Shown here piece by piece: positions 8,281-18,088 of a stretch of 64,000 nt of DNA. A program made the position numbers and the translations under genes. The notes under the pieces were generated by a model, which did no database searches, was not told the origin of the DNA, and was given only the letters and a program-made list of their open reading frames with translations. This DNA is from an uncultured Pseudomonadales bacterium (GTDB lineage: Bacteria; Patescibacteriota; Microgenomatia; UBA1400; PJMF01): contig CAYTIA010000002.1 of NCBI GenBank assembly GCA_964437755.1, positions 34,107 through 98,106 of the forward strand, read 5' to 3'. How positions within the stretch are numbered: position 1 is the stretch's first letter; each line of letters begins with the position of its first letter.

Positions 8281-10923
8281 ATGAAATTAACCCAGAATTC
8301 AACCGAAAGCTCTACCTCAAAAACATTTTATAACCACTCTCAAGTCGAAACCCATTGGCAAAAAATGTGGGAAGATCACAAACTTTTTCAGGATCAAATT
8401 AACCAGTTTGTTGCCAAAGAAAATGCGGGAGAGAAACTAGATCCACTTTATTTACTGTTTGCTTTTGCTTATCCCTCTGGTTCAGGGTTACATGTGGGTC
8501 ACGTTGAAAGTAAAACGGCTCTTGATATCTTGGCTCGCTACAACCGCATGAAGGGTAAAGATGTTTTTTTCCCGGTGGGCTGGGACGCTTTTGGTTTGCC
8601 AGCAGAAAACTATGCTATTAAAACTGGTGTGCCTCCGGTTGAAACAACCAAGCAAGCAATTAACACTTTTCGCTCTCAGGTTAAGCGTCTGGGTATTAGT
8701 TACGACTGGAGCGGTGAAGTAGCTACCTGTCATCCAGAATACTACAAGTTTACTCAATGGCTGTTTTTGGAATTGTTTAAAGCAGGCTTGGCTTACAAGA
8801 AAATGGGAATGGTTAACTGGTGTCCTTCTTGTCAAACGGTTTTGGCAAATGAGCAGGTTGTTGATGGCTTGTGTGAGCGTTGTGATAGCGAAGTTGTGCA
8901 AAAAGAGTTGGAGCAGTGGTACTTTCGGATTACTGACTACAAAGATGAGCTAATCAATGGCTTGGAGCAGTTGGATTGGCCAGAACCAACTAAGCAACAA
9001 CAGCTTCACTGGATTGGTAAAAGCAAAGGGGCGGAGGTTGATTTTATGTTGGCGGATGATAGCGAAAACTCAAACAAAACTCTAACTTGTTTTACTACTC
9101 GCATTGATACTATTTTTGGGGTTAGTTTTTTAGTTATCTCTCCCGAAAAATTCAATCAACTTGAGTTGATTCAGCTTGTGGGTGATGATAAGAAAGTCCA
9201 AGTCAAAGAGTATCTAAAGCAAGCATCTAAAAAAACAGAAGAAGAGCGTCGTATTGGTGAAAAAGATAAGACGGGGGTTAATACTGGCTTGAAGGCAACC
9301 AATCCGGTTAATGGTGAACAGGTGCCATTATTTATTGCTGATTATGTTTTGCCTCATGTGGGTACTGGTGTAGTGATGGGGGTGCCGGCTCATGATGAGC
9401 GTGACTGGGCATTTGCAGTTAAGCAGAGTTTAAAGATAGTGCCAGTAGTTGCACCTAAAAATAATCAAGTGATTATTGAGGGGAAAACCGAGCAGTTTAA
9501 TCATCAACAACCTCAGGTTTGCACTAGTGAGTATGGGATTCTGATTAACTCTGAAGAGTATGACGGCTTGAGTTCAAAGGAAGCTCAACAAAAAATTGTG
9601 GTAGATTTTTCTGGAGTTATGAGACCGACTACTACCTACAAATTACGTGATTGGCTGATCTCGCGCCAGCGTTATTGGGGAGCACCAATCCCGATCATTT
9701 ATGACCCAGATGGTGAGGCTCATCCAATAAATGAAAATAATTTACCCTGGTTGTTGCCTATCGATGTTGATTTCAAGCCAACGGGTGAGTCACCACTGGT
9801 TTCAAGCAAAGAGTTTGCCAAACGAGCTAGTGAGTATGCCCTGCGCGAATATGATGAACTGATTAAGCAAAATCAAGAAAATGGTTGGGCTCAAGATGCT
9901 TCTGATTGGCGCCCAGAGTATGACACAATGGATACTTTTGTCGATTCCTCTTGGTACTATTTACGTTATCTAGATGCGCGCAACCAAGAATTATTTGCAC
10001 AAAAAGACAGACTAAATCATTTTATGCCGGTTGATATGTACTTGATTGGTCCAGAGCATATTGTGTTACATCTGCTTTATTCCCGTTTCTTTACCAAGTT
10101 TTTGCGAGATCATGGCTATCTGGATTTATCCAGTGGTGAACCCTTTACCAAGATGCGTCATCAAGGCATGATCTTAGGTCCAGACCACAAAAAGATGAGT
10201 AAGAGCAAAGGCAATGTGATTAGCCCCGATGTAGTGATCAAGAAGTATGGTGCTGACACCTTGCGAGTATATGAGATGTTTATGGGTCCACTAGAGGCGG
10301 ATAAACCTTGGGATGATAGAGCTGTTCAGGGTGTTGCCAGATTTTTGAACAAAATTTACAAATTGTTTATTTTGACCCTCGAGAGAATTGAACAAAACAA
10401 CGTTCAAAAATCAAATGTCAAGCTGGAGCGCAAACTCCATAGCACCATTAAAAAATTGGGCAATGACATTGAACAACTGAAGTTTAATACTGGTATCGCC
10501 AGTTTGATGGAGATGAGTAATGAGTGGCAAAGCTTAATTGAACAAGAAGAGTCTATTTTTTGTAAAGATGATTTGGAAAGAGTTGCTAAGTTATTAGCTC
10601 CGCTGGCTCCATTTTTGGCAGAGGAGTTGTGGGCTAAACTTGGAAATGAGTTTAGCATTCATCAACAATCTTGGTCAAAGTTTGATGAAAAGCTGGCTCA
10701 GGCGGAGACGGTAACTATTCCAGTACAAGTGAACGGTAAGTTAAGAGGAGAGTTGGAGATGGAAACAGACAAGTTGTCGGAAATGACAGCTCAGGATGTT
10801 CTTGATTTAGCCAAAGAGCTGACTTCAGTAAAAAAATGGCTAGTTGATCAAGATGGTAAACTTCTAAGTAGTCTCAAGAAGGAGATTTATATCCCTGGTA
10901 AAATTGTCAGTTTGGTGGTGTAA
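8281..10923 (+). CDS. leuS: Leucine--tRNA ligase
   Basis: YPSGSGLHVGH (HIGH), GWDAFGLPAENYAI, Zn knuckle, CP1 editing 'GTGVVMGVPAHDERD', DWLISRQRYWG, KMSKSKGN. Confidence 0.99.
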   Translation: MKLTQNSTESSTSKTFYNHSQVETHWQKMWEDHKLFQDQINQFVAKENAGEKLDPLYLLFAFAYPSGSGLHVGHVESKTALDILARYNRMKGKDVFFPVGWDAFGLPAENYAIKTGVPPVETTKQAINTFRSQVKRLGISYDWSGEVATCHPEYYKFTQWLFLELFKAGLAYKKMGMVNWCPSCQTVLANEQVVDGLCERCDSEVVQKELEQWYFRITDYKDELINGLEQLDWPEPTKQQQLHWIGKSKGAEVDFMLADDSENSNKTLTCFTTRIDTIFGVSFLVISPEKFNQLELIQLVGDDKKVQVKEYLKQASKKTEEERRIGEKDKTGVNTGLKATNPVNGEQVPLFIADYVLPHVGTGVVMGVPAHDERDWAFAVKQSLKIVPVVAPKNNQVIIEGKTEQFNHQQPQVCTSEYGILINSEEYDGLSSKEAQQKIVVDFSGVMRPTTTYKLRDWLISRQRYWGAPIPIIYDPDGEAHPINENNLPWLLPIDVDFKPTGESPLVSSKEFAKRASEYALREYDELIKQNQENGWAQDASDWRPEYDTMDTFVDSSWYYLRYLDARNQELFAQKDRLNHFMPVDMYLIGPEHIVLHLLYSRFFTKFLRDHGYLDLSSGEPFTKMRHQGMILGPDHKKMSKSKGNVISPDVVIKKYGADTLRVYEMFMGPLEADKPWDDRAVQGVARFLNKIYKLFILTLERIEQNNVQKSNVKLERKLHSTIKKLGNDIEQLKFNTGIASLMEMSNEWQSLIEQEESIFCKDDLERVAKLLAPLAPFLAEELWAKLGNEFSIHQQSWSKFDEKLAQAETVTIPVQVNGKLRGELEMETDKLSEMTAQDVLDLAKELTSVKKWLVDQDGKLLSSLKKEIYIPGKIVSLVV

Positions 10924-10940
10924 AATCTAACAAAGATAAA

Positions 10941-11189
10941 ATGCAAAAAACAATGTCAATTACTAGTCAAGGTCAAATAACTATTCCTCTTGAGATTCGT
11001 CAAGCTCTTAATATTACTCAAGCCACAAAAGCTTTAGTGCAGTTAGATGGTGAAAAAATTGTGATAACACCACGACTAAGTTTTGAACAACTTGCTGGTA
11101 GCTTAGCCTCGAATATTAAGTTGTCAGATGACCAATTAAGAAAAGCAAGAAGATCATTTGAAAGTGATTGGGCTAAAGATGAAAAATGA
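10941..11189 (+). CDS. AbrB/MazE/SpoVT-family antitoxin
   Basis: 'SITSQGQITIPLEIRQALNI' AbrB signature; overlaps the PIN gene. Confidence 0.9.
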   Translation: MQKTMSITSQGQITIPLEIRQALNITQATKALVQLDGEKIVITPRLSFEQLAGSLASNIKLSDDQLRKARRSFESDWAKDEK

Positions 11190-11580
11190 TAATCTTTTTT
11201 TTCTGGATACAAATGTGATTATTCGTTTTTTGGTAAAGGATCACATTGAGCATTTTGAACAAGCCAAAATTTGGTTTAACCAAGCAAAAGAAGGGAAGAT
11301 AAAAATGATAATAGTACCGATAGTGGTGGCTGAATGTTGTTATCTACTTGAATCATTTTATAAAGTTCCTAAAGAATCTATTGCCCAAAAGATGCAAGTT
11401 TTGTTAAGTCAGCGCTGGATCCAAGTTGAGAATAGAAAAGAAATAAATAACCTCTGGCAGCATTATCTTAAAGGATTGCATTTTGTGGATAGTTTTTTAT
11501 TGAGTTCTTCTCTTATTAATCAAGCAAAGGTGCTGAGTTTTGATAAAAAGATTGTAAAACATTGTTTACAGCTGAATTGA
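11179..11580 (+). CDS. vapC: PIN-domain (VapC-like) toxin
   Basis: 'FLDTNVIIRFL', 'VVAE', 'FVDSFL', 'SFDKK' acidic PIN residues; ATG at 11179 overlaps the antitoxin 3' end. Confidence 0.88.
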   Translation: MKNDNLFFLDTNVIIRFLVKDHIEHFEQAKIWFNQAKEGKIKMIIVPIVVAECCYLLESFYKVPKESIAQKMQVLLSQRWIQVENRKEINNLWQHYLKGLHFVDSFLLSSSLINQAKVLSFDKKIVKHCLQLN

Positions 11581-11777
11581 GTAATCTTCCAGGTTTCCAA
11601 ATTATTGTGATATTTTGATATATTTTATTGTTCAATAACTAGAAAATAGTTTAATAAATAGATATTTTTTACTTTGCAAAGCAGGGCAAAAAAATATCAA
11701 AATTTGAACACATTTAGTTAACAAAAATACAAAATGATCAGCCTGCCTAGCTCATCAGCTTCCCGCCGCATAAAAAG

Positions 11778-12182
11778 ATGGATGATCTGGACAAAAAAGT
11801 GGTTGGTGAGCAAGGTGTCTTCCAGATACGGTCTTTTTGCAATTTTGCAAAAAAGTGGGCAAATAACTTAAAACATAGCTTTGTTAAAAAATGGGTGGGT
11901 TTTTGCAAGCAGATAACCAGACTTTTAAAATCATTACTTACTCCCTCACGTTCTAAGATTCATACACACACGGTGGCATTATCGGTAGGAGCATTGATGT
12001 TTGTGGCAGGAACTTATTATGGTATAGCTCATTACTTGATTCCGGCTATTCGCGCTTCTTTTGAGTCTACTCATCAAATGCCCTATGACTCACAGTTACC
12101 AGACGGTAACTCTACCGCTTTTAATCGAGGGACGCTTGGAGAACTGGCTGTAACTAATTTTGGAAAAGCTCGGTTTTTTTGA
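11778..12182 (+). CDS. Hypothetical protein with one TM helix; possibly a truncated surface-protein N-terminus
   Basis: 134-aa ORF: basic N-region, TM, then a short extracellular-looking stretch ending at a T7 run. Confidence 0.4.
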   Translation: MDDLDKKVVGEQGVFQIRSFCNFAKKWANNLKHSFVKKWVGFCKQITRLLKSLLTPSRSKIHTHTVALSVGALMFVAGTYYGIAHYLIPAIRASFESTHQMPYDSQLPDGNSTAFNRGTLGELAVTNFGKARFF

Positions 12183-12188
12183 CATAAT

Positions 12189-12217
12189 TTGCTCTCTTTA
12201 TAGAAAAATACTATAAT
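12189..12217 (+). promoter_or_regulatory. Sigma70-type promoter giving a probable leaderless mRNA
   Basis: TTGCTC-17 nt-TATAAT, ending 7 nt before ATG 12225. Confidence 0.6.
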
Positions 12218-12224
12218 ACGCCAT

Positions 12225-13505
12225 ATGAAAACTAAAACTCTTCGCATTCTAACATCAGCCTTTTCTCTATCAGCTTTGGTTTTTGGATACCTAACTTTTT
12301 CAAATAATGATATTGTTAATGTTCATGGCTCAGACAGCTGTCTTTATGACATAACTGGCTATGTTACTCAAACGGGTTCACTTAGAGCTGGCTATGCTAA
12401 CTGCAATGGAAATTCTTGGTGTATTAAATTAGATGGAATTCCGGCAGAGTATAACAACTCTGGTTGTTATGTTGCCGAACTTTATACCGATCCAATTCAA
12501 TCGTGCGGAAACCAAGAAACTCACCTTAGAAAAAGAGTGAGTATTACCAATGGTGGTGAAATTTGTTTTGATAGTGCCGATTGGGGAACAGACTGCCGAG
12601 CTCAACTTGATATTCGCCGAGATATATCGGGTGCTCCTGCTGGAAATGTGAAAACTTATCTAATTGAGTGTGGCCAAAAGCCATCTCCAACACCAACGAG
12701 AACTCCAACCCCGACATTTACACCAACGCCCACTCTAACTCCAACTGCGACTCCTACAAGTACTCCAGGTCCTACCTCAACACCAACACCAACATCTACG
12801 CCTAGACCAACCATTCCAACTCATTATAGTTCATGTGATAGTTTGAGAGTGGTAAGTGGGAATAACTCTCTAGTTCCTGCAAAAATAACTTTTGAAACGA
12901 GAGCCAGTGATTCCGATGGAGATATTCAGTTATATAGATATTATTTTGGAGATGGAAAATCCCTTGAAACTACACAAAATGTTGTAGAACACACATACGA
13001 AGTATCTGGAACCTTTTATGCAAGAGTATTTATTAAGGATTCAAAAGGTAACTGGAAAACAAGTCAGGCTTGTACAACTAATTTAAAGGTTGAGTCAGCT
13101 CCGATTGAAACTCATAAGTCGGGTTGTAGCGATCTTTTTATTCTATCAGGTCAACACAATCAAGCTCCTACAGATGCCACTTTCCAAGTAACTGGTTTTG
13201 ATAACAAAGGAACAATTCAGCGTTACCGATTAGTTTACAGCACTAATGAACAACAAGAGCAAAGCTCAAATTTTTTCACTAAACATTTTTCTCAGCCAGG
13301 CTCGTATGAGATTAGGGCATATATTCAAGACTCTCAAGGAAACTGGAAGGGTGGAGATGGAAGCTGTCGCAAAACTCTTTACGTTAACACCAAGCCAATT
13401 GTGGTCCAACCAAAAACAGGAACTCCACTAATGGTAACACTAGGCAGTATCGGTTCTGGTGTGCTAGGATTAGGCTTAAGAACAATTAAGAAGCGTTGGT
13501 TTTAG
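12225..13505 (+). CDS. Secreted PKD-domain protein with PT-repeat linker and sortase sorting signal
   Basis: Signal peptide; Cys-rich N-domain; (PT)n linker; two PKD-like domains ('YRYYFGDG...HTYEVSGTF'); C-terminal QPKTG + hydrophobic segment + KKR. Confidence 0.8.
   Translation: MKTKTLRILTSAFSLSALVFGYLTFSNNDIVNVHGSDSCLYDITGYVTQTGSLRAGYANCNGNSWCIKLDGIPAEYNNSGCYVAELYTDPIQSCGNQETHLRKRVSITNGGEICFDSADWGTDCRAQLDIRRDISGAPAGNVKTYLIECGQKPSPTPTRTPTPTFTPTPTLTPTATPTSTPGPTSTPTPTSTPRPTIPTHYSSCDSLRVVSGNNSLVPAKITFETRASDSDGDIQLYRYYFGDGKSLETTQNVVEHTYEVSGTFYARVFIKDSKGNWKTSQACTTNLKVESAPIETHKSGCSDLFILSGQHNQAPTDATFQVTGFDNKGTIQRYRLVYSTNEQQEQSSNFFTKHFSQPGSYEIRAYIQDSQGNWKGGDGSCRKTLYVNTKPIVVQPKTGTPLMVTLGSIGSGVLGLGLRTIKKRWF
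12680..12818 (+). repeat. Coding low-complexity Pro-Thr repeat (PTPT linker)
   Basis: 'PSPTPTRTPTPTFTPTPTLTPTATPTSTPGPTSTPTPTSTPRPTIPT'. Confidence 0.8.
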
Positions 13506-13533
13506 TCATTCTTAATGATCCTTCATTAACTCT

Positions 13534-14199
13534 ATGAAAATTGCCTGGCCAAAAGCAAAGAGGCTAATCTCTTTATATTTATTACCGTTTTTAATCTTTC
13601 TTCTTTTTCTAATCTTCATTAGATGGGTTGTAACTACCGTTGTTCCTGTTGCTTTGGTTGAGGTTAAGTATCAATATCATCACACTCTCACCACAGTGTT
13701 TAATGTTCCCGACCTGAAATCGCTAATTATTCCGGATTTTAGCTGGATGACGTGGGAAGGGCATAGCAAGCATCAAGAATATGGAATCAGAATCCCAGCG
13801 ATTTTTTTGGACGAACCCGTTATTTTTAATGTAGACCCCAATGATTCAGGTCAGTATAAACAAGCTCTAAAAGAAGGTATTGCCCATGCCTCAAGTACTT
13901 CATTTCCTGATAATGCTGGACTTGGTTACTATTTTGCTCATTCCTCAATCGGAGAGGTTAATTTAAGAAACAACGCCATTTTTTATCTTTTGGGCAAGTT
14001 GGTAGAAGGTGACAAAATATTTATTTGGCATCATGGCGAGAAGTTCGAGTACGAGGTATATGGGCAACTGATAGTTGAACCAAATGATGTGGAGTTTTTG
14101 TATCAAGAGTATGATGGAGAAAAGATAGTTCTTCAAACTTGTTGGCCCCCTGGTAGTGACAGACAAAGATTGCTAGTTTTTGCTCAAAGAACAAAATAG
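13534..14199 (+). CDS. Sortase
   Basis: N-terminal TM; 'YYFAHS' His; 'LQTCWPPG...RLLVFA' Cys and Arg of the catalytic triad. Confidence 0.92.
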   Translation: MKIAWPKAKRLISLYLLPFLIFLLFLIFIRWVVTTVVPVALVEVKYQYHHTLTTVFNVPDLKSLIIPDFSWMTWEGHSKHQEYGIRIPAIFLDEPVIFNVDPNDSGQYKQALKEGIAHASSTSFPDNAGLGYYFAHSSIGEVNLRNNAIFYLLGKLVEGDKIFIWHHGEKFEYEVYGQLIVEPNDVEFLYQEYDGEKIVLQTCWPPGSDRQRLLVFAQRTK

Positions 14200-14245
14200 A
14201 GCATAACAATGGTTTCTTTTCAGTTTCTTTATTTATCTTAGGGTA

Positions 14246-14995
14246 ATGTCCCTAATAGATTCAATTTCCAAACAAAAGAGTACAAATAGTCAAAAATGGC
14301 GAACACTAGTTGCCGTCATATTTTTTTTATGTGGTGTTTGTGCAGTACTGCTAGGATCACATCATTTATCGAGTGTAATTGAAGTCCCAAATTGTATAAA
14401 TTTTGTAGATGAACAACTTGAAGAAAATATAGTTCAAACTAGAAATGAAAACGAAGTTGATCAAATTGTTAATAGCTTTGGAAAAATTCAAGTTGAGATA
14501 CAGGGAGCGGTGAAAAATCCAGGAGCTTATTGGTTAAAGTCTGATACAAGGTTAGGGGAATTAATAGAGGTAGCAGGAGGATTAACAGAAAATGCCGATC
14601 AAGAATATTTTAAAAAACATTTAAATATGTCTCAAAAACTATCTGATGAGCAAAAAATAACCATTCCTACCAAAGAAAGTAAAGAACTAGCTGAGTTGCT
14701 TAGGGATTACTGTGTCAACTTAAAACAGATAGAGGAAAATGTGAAGATTGAAAACGATGCCCAAGACAATCAAAGTGAAACAGAAGAAGCTGGAATAGAA
14801 ACCAGCAGTAATCAAAACTGTATATCCATTAATTATGCTAGTAGCACCGATCTGCAAAAATTAACTGGAGTGGGAGAAAAAACTGCAGAACTAATAATTG
14901 AGAGCAGACCGTACTCAAAAGTGTCTGAGTTGTTAAATGTGAAAGGGATTGGAGAGGCGACACTGGAAAAAATAGAGAAAGAGATTTGTTTATAA
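14246..14995 (+). CDS. comEA: Competence DNA receptor ComEA (SLBB + helix-hairpin-helix)
   Basis: TM; 'VEIQGAVKNPGAY' SLBB; 'ISINYASSTDLQKLTGVGEKTAELIIESRPY...VKGIGE' HhH. Confidence 0.93.
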   Translation: MSLIDSISKQKSTNSQKWRTLVAVIFFLCGVCAVLLGSHHLSSVIEVPNCINFVDEQLEENIVQTRNENEVDQIVNSFGKIQVEIQGAVKNPGAYWLKSDTRLGELIEVAGGLTENADQEYFKKHLNMSQKLSDEQKITIPTKESKELAELLRDYCVNLKQIEENVKIENDAQDNQSETEEAGIETSSNQNCISINYASSTDLQKLTGVGEKTAELIIESRPYSKVSELLNVKGIGEATLEKIEKEICL

Positions 14996-15309
14996 AAAAA
15001 GTTATGGGTTGTAATTATAGGTCGAACTAGACAAAGTAAATTGGCATTTGAAGTAAACAAATTAATGCACAGAAGAGGTAAAAAATCAAAAAATATGTTG
15101 TCATTTCTAACAAAACAATATAAACATATAGAAATATAGCGGTAGAAAGATAGACAAACTATTAACGCAGATATCATCTTTAGTATATATAAATATATTA
15201 AGATATGTTTATAGTTAGGCAAAATATACGAGTAATATATCTCTACCGAAGCTAAATAATCAGGTTGTCTAAAATGTACTATTAATTCACTTGTTAACAG
15301 ATTACTCGA

Positions 15310-16527
15310 GTGATTGATAAAATATTATTTAACATTTTTTATAGAATTTTTATTGGAATTATGCGAAATTTCTATAAATTAGCACTCTCACTAGTACCTC
15401 TGCTAATCATTTTTTTGCTCGTTATTTGTCAATGCAATCAAACAATCTTTGCTTTTATCATTATTAAAGCTTCGTTAAATAATTGGTATGACTTTTTTAG
15501 TAGTAAAGCTTTGTCTGTTATCAGCTACTTGACAAGGAGTGGTGAGTCTGCAGTTGGTAGATTGGGAGCTCAAATCGCCATAGGGTCAGTTTTTGGTGTA
15601 CAAATTGGACAAAACAGCTCATTAAGTCTTAAATTAAAAACTATTGGGATGTCACACTTATGGTCAGCTTCAGGTTTGAGTCTTTATTTGTTTATTCAGG
15701 TGATCAACTCTTTTTTGTCCTTGTTTAGCTACGTTTCTTTTAATAAAAAGACGTTTTTATCTATTCTCAGCTTGTTGTTCTTCTGGTGCGTCGGTCCAAA
15801 ATCTGCTTCTTTGCAAAGATCGTTTCTTTCGATTCTATTATTCTTACTTTTTTCTAAATATTTTGGTTTTCAATTATCTAAATTACGTTTATTGGTCTAC
15901 ATTTTAATCATTATTATTTTGCTTCAACCAACACTTATTAATTCTCTTTCCTTGTGGTTTTCTGTAGGAGCTGTTTTTGGAGTGATTTGTCTCAATTCAT
16001 TTTTATCTAGTTTATTTAAAATGGACCAAACCACTTTCTTTTCTAATTCTTCATTTTTGTCAAAAATTCTTTTTCGAATTAAAAAAATGCTACGTGTATT
16101 TTTTAAAAATGTTGTTTTATTTTTATCTTTACAACTGGGAATGCTCCCCTTAATATCTTTAACTTGGGGGGAGATTAGTTTAATGAGTCTTTTACTAAAT
16201 ATTTTAATGGCTGGAGTAGCGCCAAATGTTTTTTATTTAGGCTTGATTTGGTGTGTCTGGATTGTTTTTTACATTCTTTGGCTACGCTCCTTTGCTTTTG
16301 CAAAGGTACTTTCTTCACTATTAATGTTTCCTCTCGAGTGGCTTTTCGAGATATCTGATCAATTTGTACAAATTGATCAGATGGCGTTAAGAATTCCTGA
16401 ATTTTCAACTATAGCAACAATTGCTTGGTACACAGCAATATTCTTAATCAATCAGTTTTTTGTTTATAGGCGAAAAACTGAGATTTCTGCCCAATATACT
16501 TTAAATAATATTTTTTCTTTTTGGTGA
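15310..16527 (+). CDS. comEC: ComEC/Rec2 competence membrane domain (split, divergent)
   Basis: Polytopic; 'GMSHLWSASG', 'SASLQRS', 'SLWFSVGAVFG' resemble competence-domain motifs; lies between comEA and an MBL-domain gene. Confidence 0.75.
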   Translation: MIDKILFNIFYRIFIGIMRNFYKLALSLVPLLIIFLLVICQCNQTIFAFIIIKASLNNWYDFFSSKALSVISYLTRSGESAVGRLGAQIAIGSVFGVQIGQNSSLSLKLKTIGMSHLWSASGLSLYLFIQVINSFLSLFSYVSFNKKTFLSILSLLFFWCVGPKSASLQRSFLSILLFLLFSKYFGFQLSKLRLLVYILIIIILLQPTLINSLSLWFSVGAVFGVICLNSFLSSLFKMDQTTFFSNSSFLSKILFRIKKMLRVFFKNVVLFLSLQLGMLPLISLTWGEISLMSLLLNILMAGVAPNVFYLGLIWCVWIVFYILWLRSFAFAKVLSSLLMFPLEWLFEISDQFVQIDQMALRIPEFSTIATIAWYTAIFLINQFFVYRRKTEISAQYTLNNIFSFW

Positions 16528-16530
16528 ATC

Positions 16531-17448
16531 TTGATGTTCAAACAAGTAATTCTTATATGTACTATATTCACTTTAGGACTATGTATCCAACTTCTTAGGC
16601 TTTGGCCATCAAAAAACTTAGAGTTAGTTTTTTGCGATGTTGGTCAAGGTGATGCGATATTGATCAAGTATGGGTTTTGGCAGATGCTAATTGATACTGG
16701 ACCAAATGATCAAGTACTAGAGTGTCTTCGACAAAATATGTCATTTTGGGATAAAACTCTTGAGGTTATTCTAATTACTCACACTGATGCTGATCACATT
16801 GGCGGATTTGCAAGCGTGCTATCAAATTATCAAACAAACGATATCTTTTTAGCTGACACAGGAACCAGTACAAGCTACAAAAACATGCTTAATGAGCTTC
16901 TTGCTGAGAAGTTTAGATATACTCAGATTAAAACCGCTTTTTTAGGCCAAATGATTGCTTTTTCCCCTGGTGGACAACTGTTATTTTTGGGACCAGACGA
17001 AGGACAGTTGCCACCAATAAATGCCAGCGCAAACAAATTTTCCGAAACCTTATTATCGGACGTAACGCTACTAGAATCTAAGAATAATGATGATCCAAAT
17101 GAACGATCAATTATCTTGTTATTAAAATATATTGATTTTGAGTTTCTGCTAATGGGAGATGCATCTTCTAAAAATGAGTTAGCACTTGTGAAAAGAGGAC
17201 TGATTGAAAAGGTAGAGGGTATAAAAGTGGGGCATCATGGGTCAAATACTAGTACGCACGTTGACTTGATTGAACAATCTCAACCCGAAATAGCCGTGAT
17301 TAGCTGCGGCTACAACAACAAGTTTGGTCACCCTTCTCTTGATGTGATTAAGATATTAAATCAAAATCAAGTAAAAATACTTAGAACTGATGAGCTTGGA
17401 ACAATTAAGCTCATTACCGATGGAACTGCATACTGGATTGTTGATTAA
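16531..17448 (+). CDS. ComEC-type metallo-beta-lactamase-fold nuclease domain as a separate gene
   Basis: 'FCDVGQGDAILI', 'ITHTDADHIGG', 'LMGD', 'KVGHHGS', 'ISCGYNNKFGHP', 'RTDELG'. Confidence 0.92.
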   Translation: MMFKQVILICTIFTLGLCIQLLRLWPSKNLELVFCDVGQGDAILIKYGFWQMLIDTGPNDQVLECLRQNMSFWDKTLEVILITHTDADHIGGFASVLSNYQTNDIFLADTGTSTSYKNMLNELLAEKFRYTQIKTAFLGQMIAFSPGGQLLFLGPDEGQLPPINASANKFSETLLSDVTLLESKNNDDPNERSIILLLKYIDFEFLLMGDASSKNELALVKRGLIEKVEGIKVGHHGSNTSTHVDLIEQSQPEIAVISCGYNNKFGHPSLDVIKILNQNQVKILRTDELGTIKLITDGTAYWIVD

Positions 17449-18088
17449 TTAATTATTTTGCGAAGTGAATAATAGCAGAATAAGAAGATGGGCGAGGATT
17501 GAAAAGTTTGTGTTTTAAAAAAACTAATCAATTATTAAAAATTGAGGTTTAAAAAATTCACCGTGAATTAATTTGTACAAAATCCGAAATATTGTTGTCG
17601 CAACTAAAATAATTAATGCGACAAAAATGTTCCACTGGTTGTTAAAGGGCTTAACAAATAATATGACACACAATTTTTTGATTGACAAGTATCAATTATT
17701 TATACTATGTATTTTTAACGAAAAGTGTATTTATATCTAGTTAAAATGTGTTCAATAATAATTATTTTTCTAGGAGTGTTTTAGTCATCGCGCTCTAAAT
17801 ATTCTCTTCTACAAAACTATTATTTTGAATATAGGCGTTCTTCGGTTATTGTTTACTAGCTACTTTCCAGGCTAACAATTATTTTTTGTATCATCGATTT
17901 GATAAATATAATTGTTATTTAGCTTATTGAATAATAACATACCTCTGGTGATGAATGAATGTTGTTAACTTTCATCATCTCAATAGAACAATAAATGTAT
18001 ACAAATTATTCGGGTTTATTTTTGATTTTAGATAAATACAATATATTGTATATTTTAAGAAAATCCATGTGTTAAAATATTAAGATAG

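Noticed and set aside
11778-13505. Read-through or phase-variable fusion of 11778..12182 with the in-frame 12225 gene
   Set aside because: A second in-frame stop (TAG) intervenes, and the downstream gene has its own promoter and signal peptide
14833-15222. 129-aa minus-strand ORF
   Set aside because: Overlaps comEA antisense, low-complexity AT-rich translation, no motif
17035-17065. TCCGAAACCTTATTATCGGA palindrome as a dif site
   Set aside because: Lies inside an intact CDS and the arm spacing does not fit the 11-6-11 dif register
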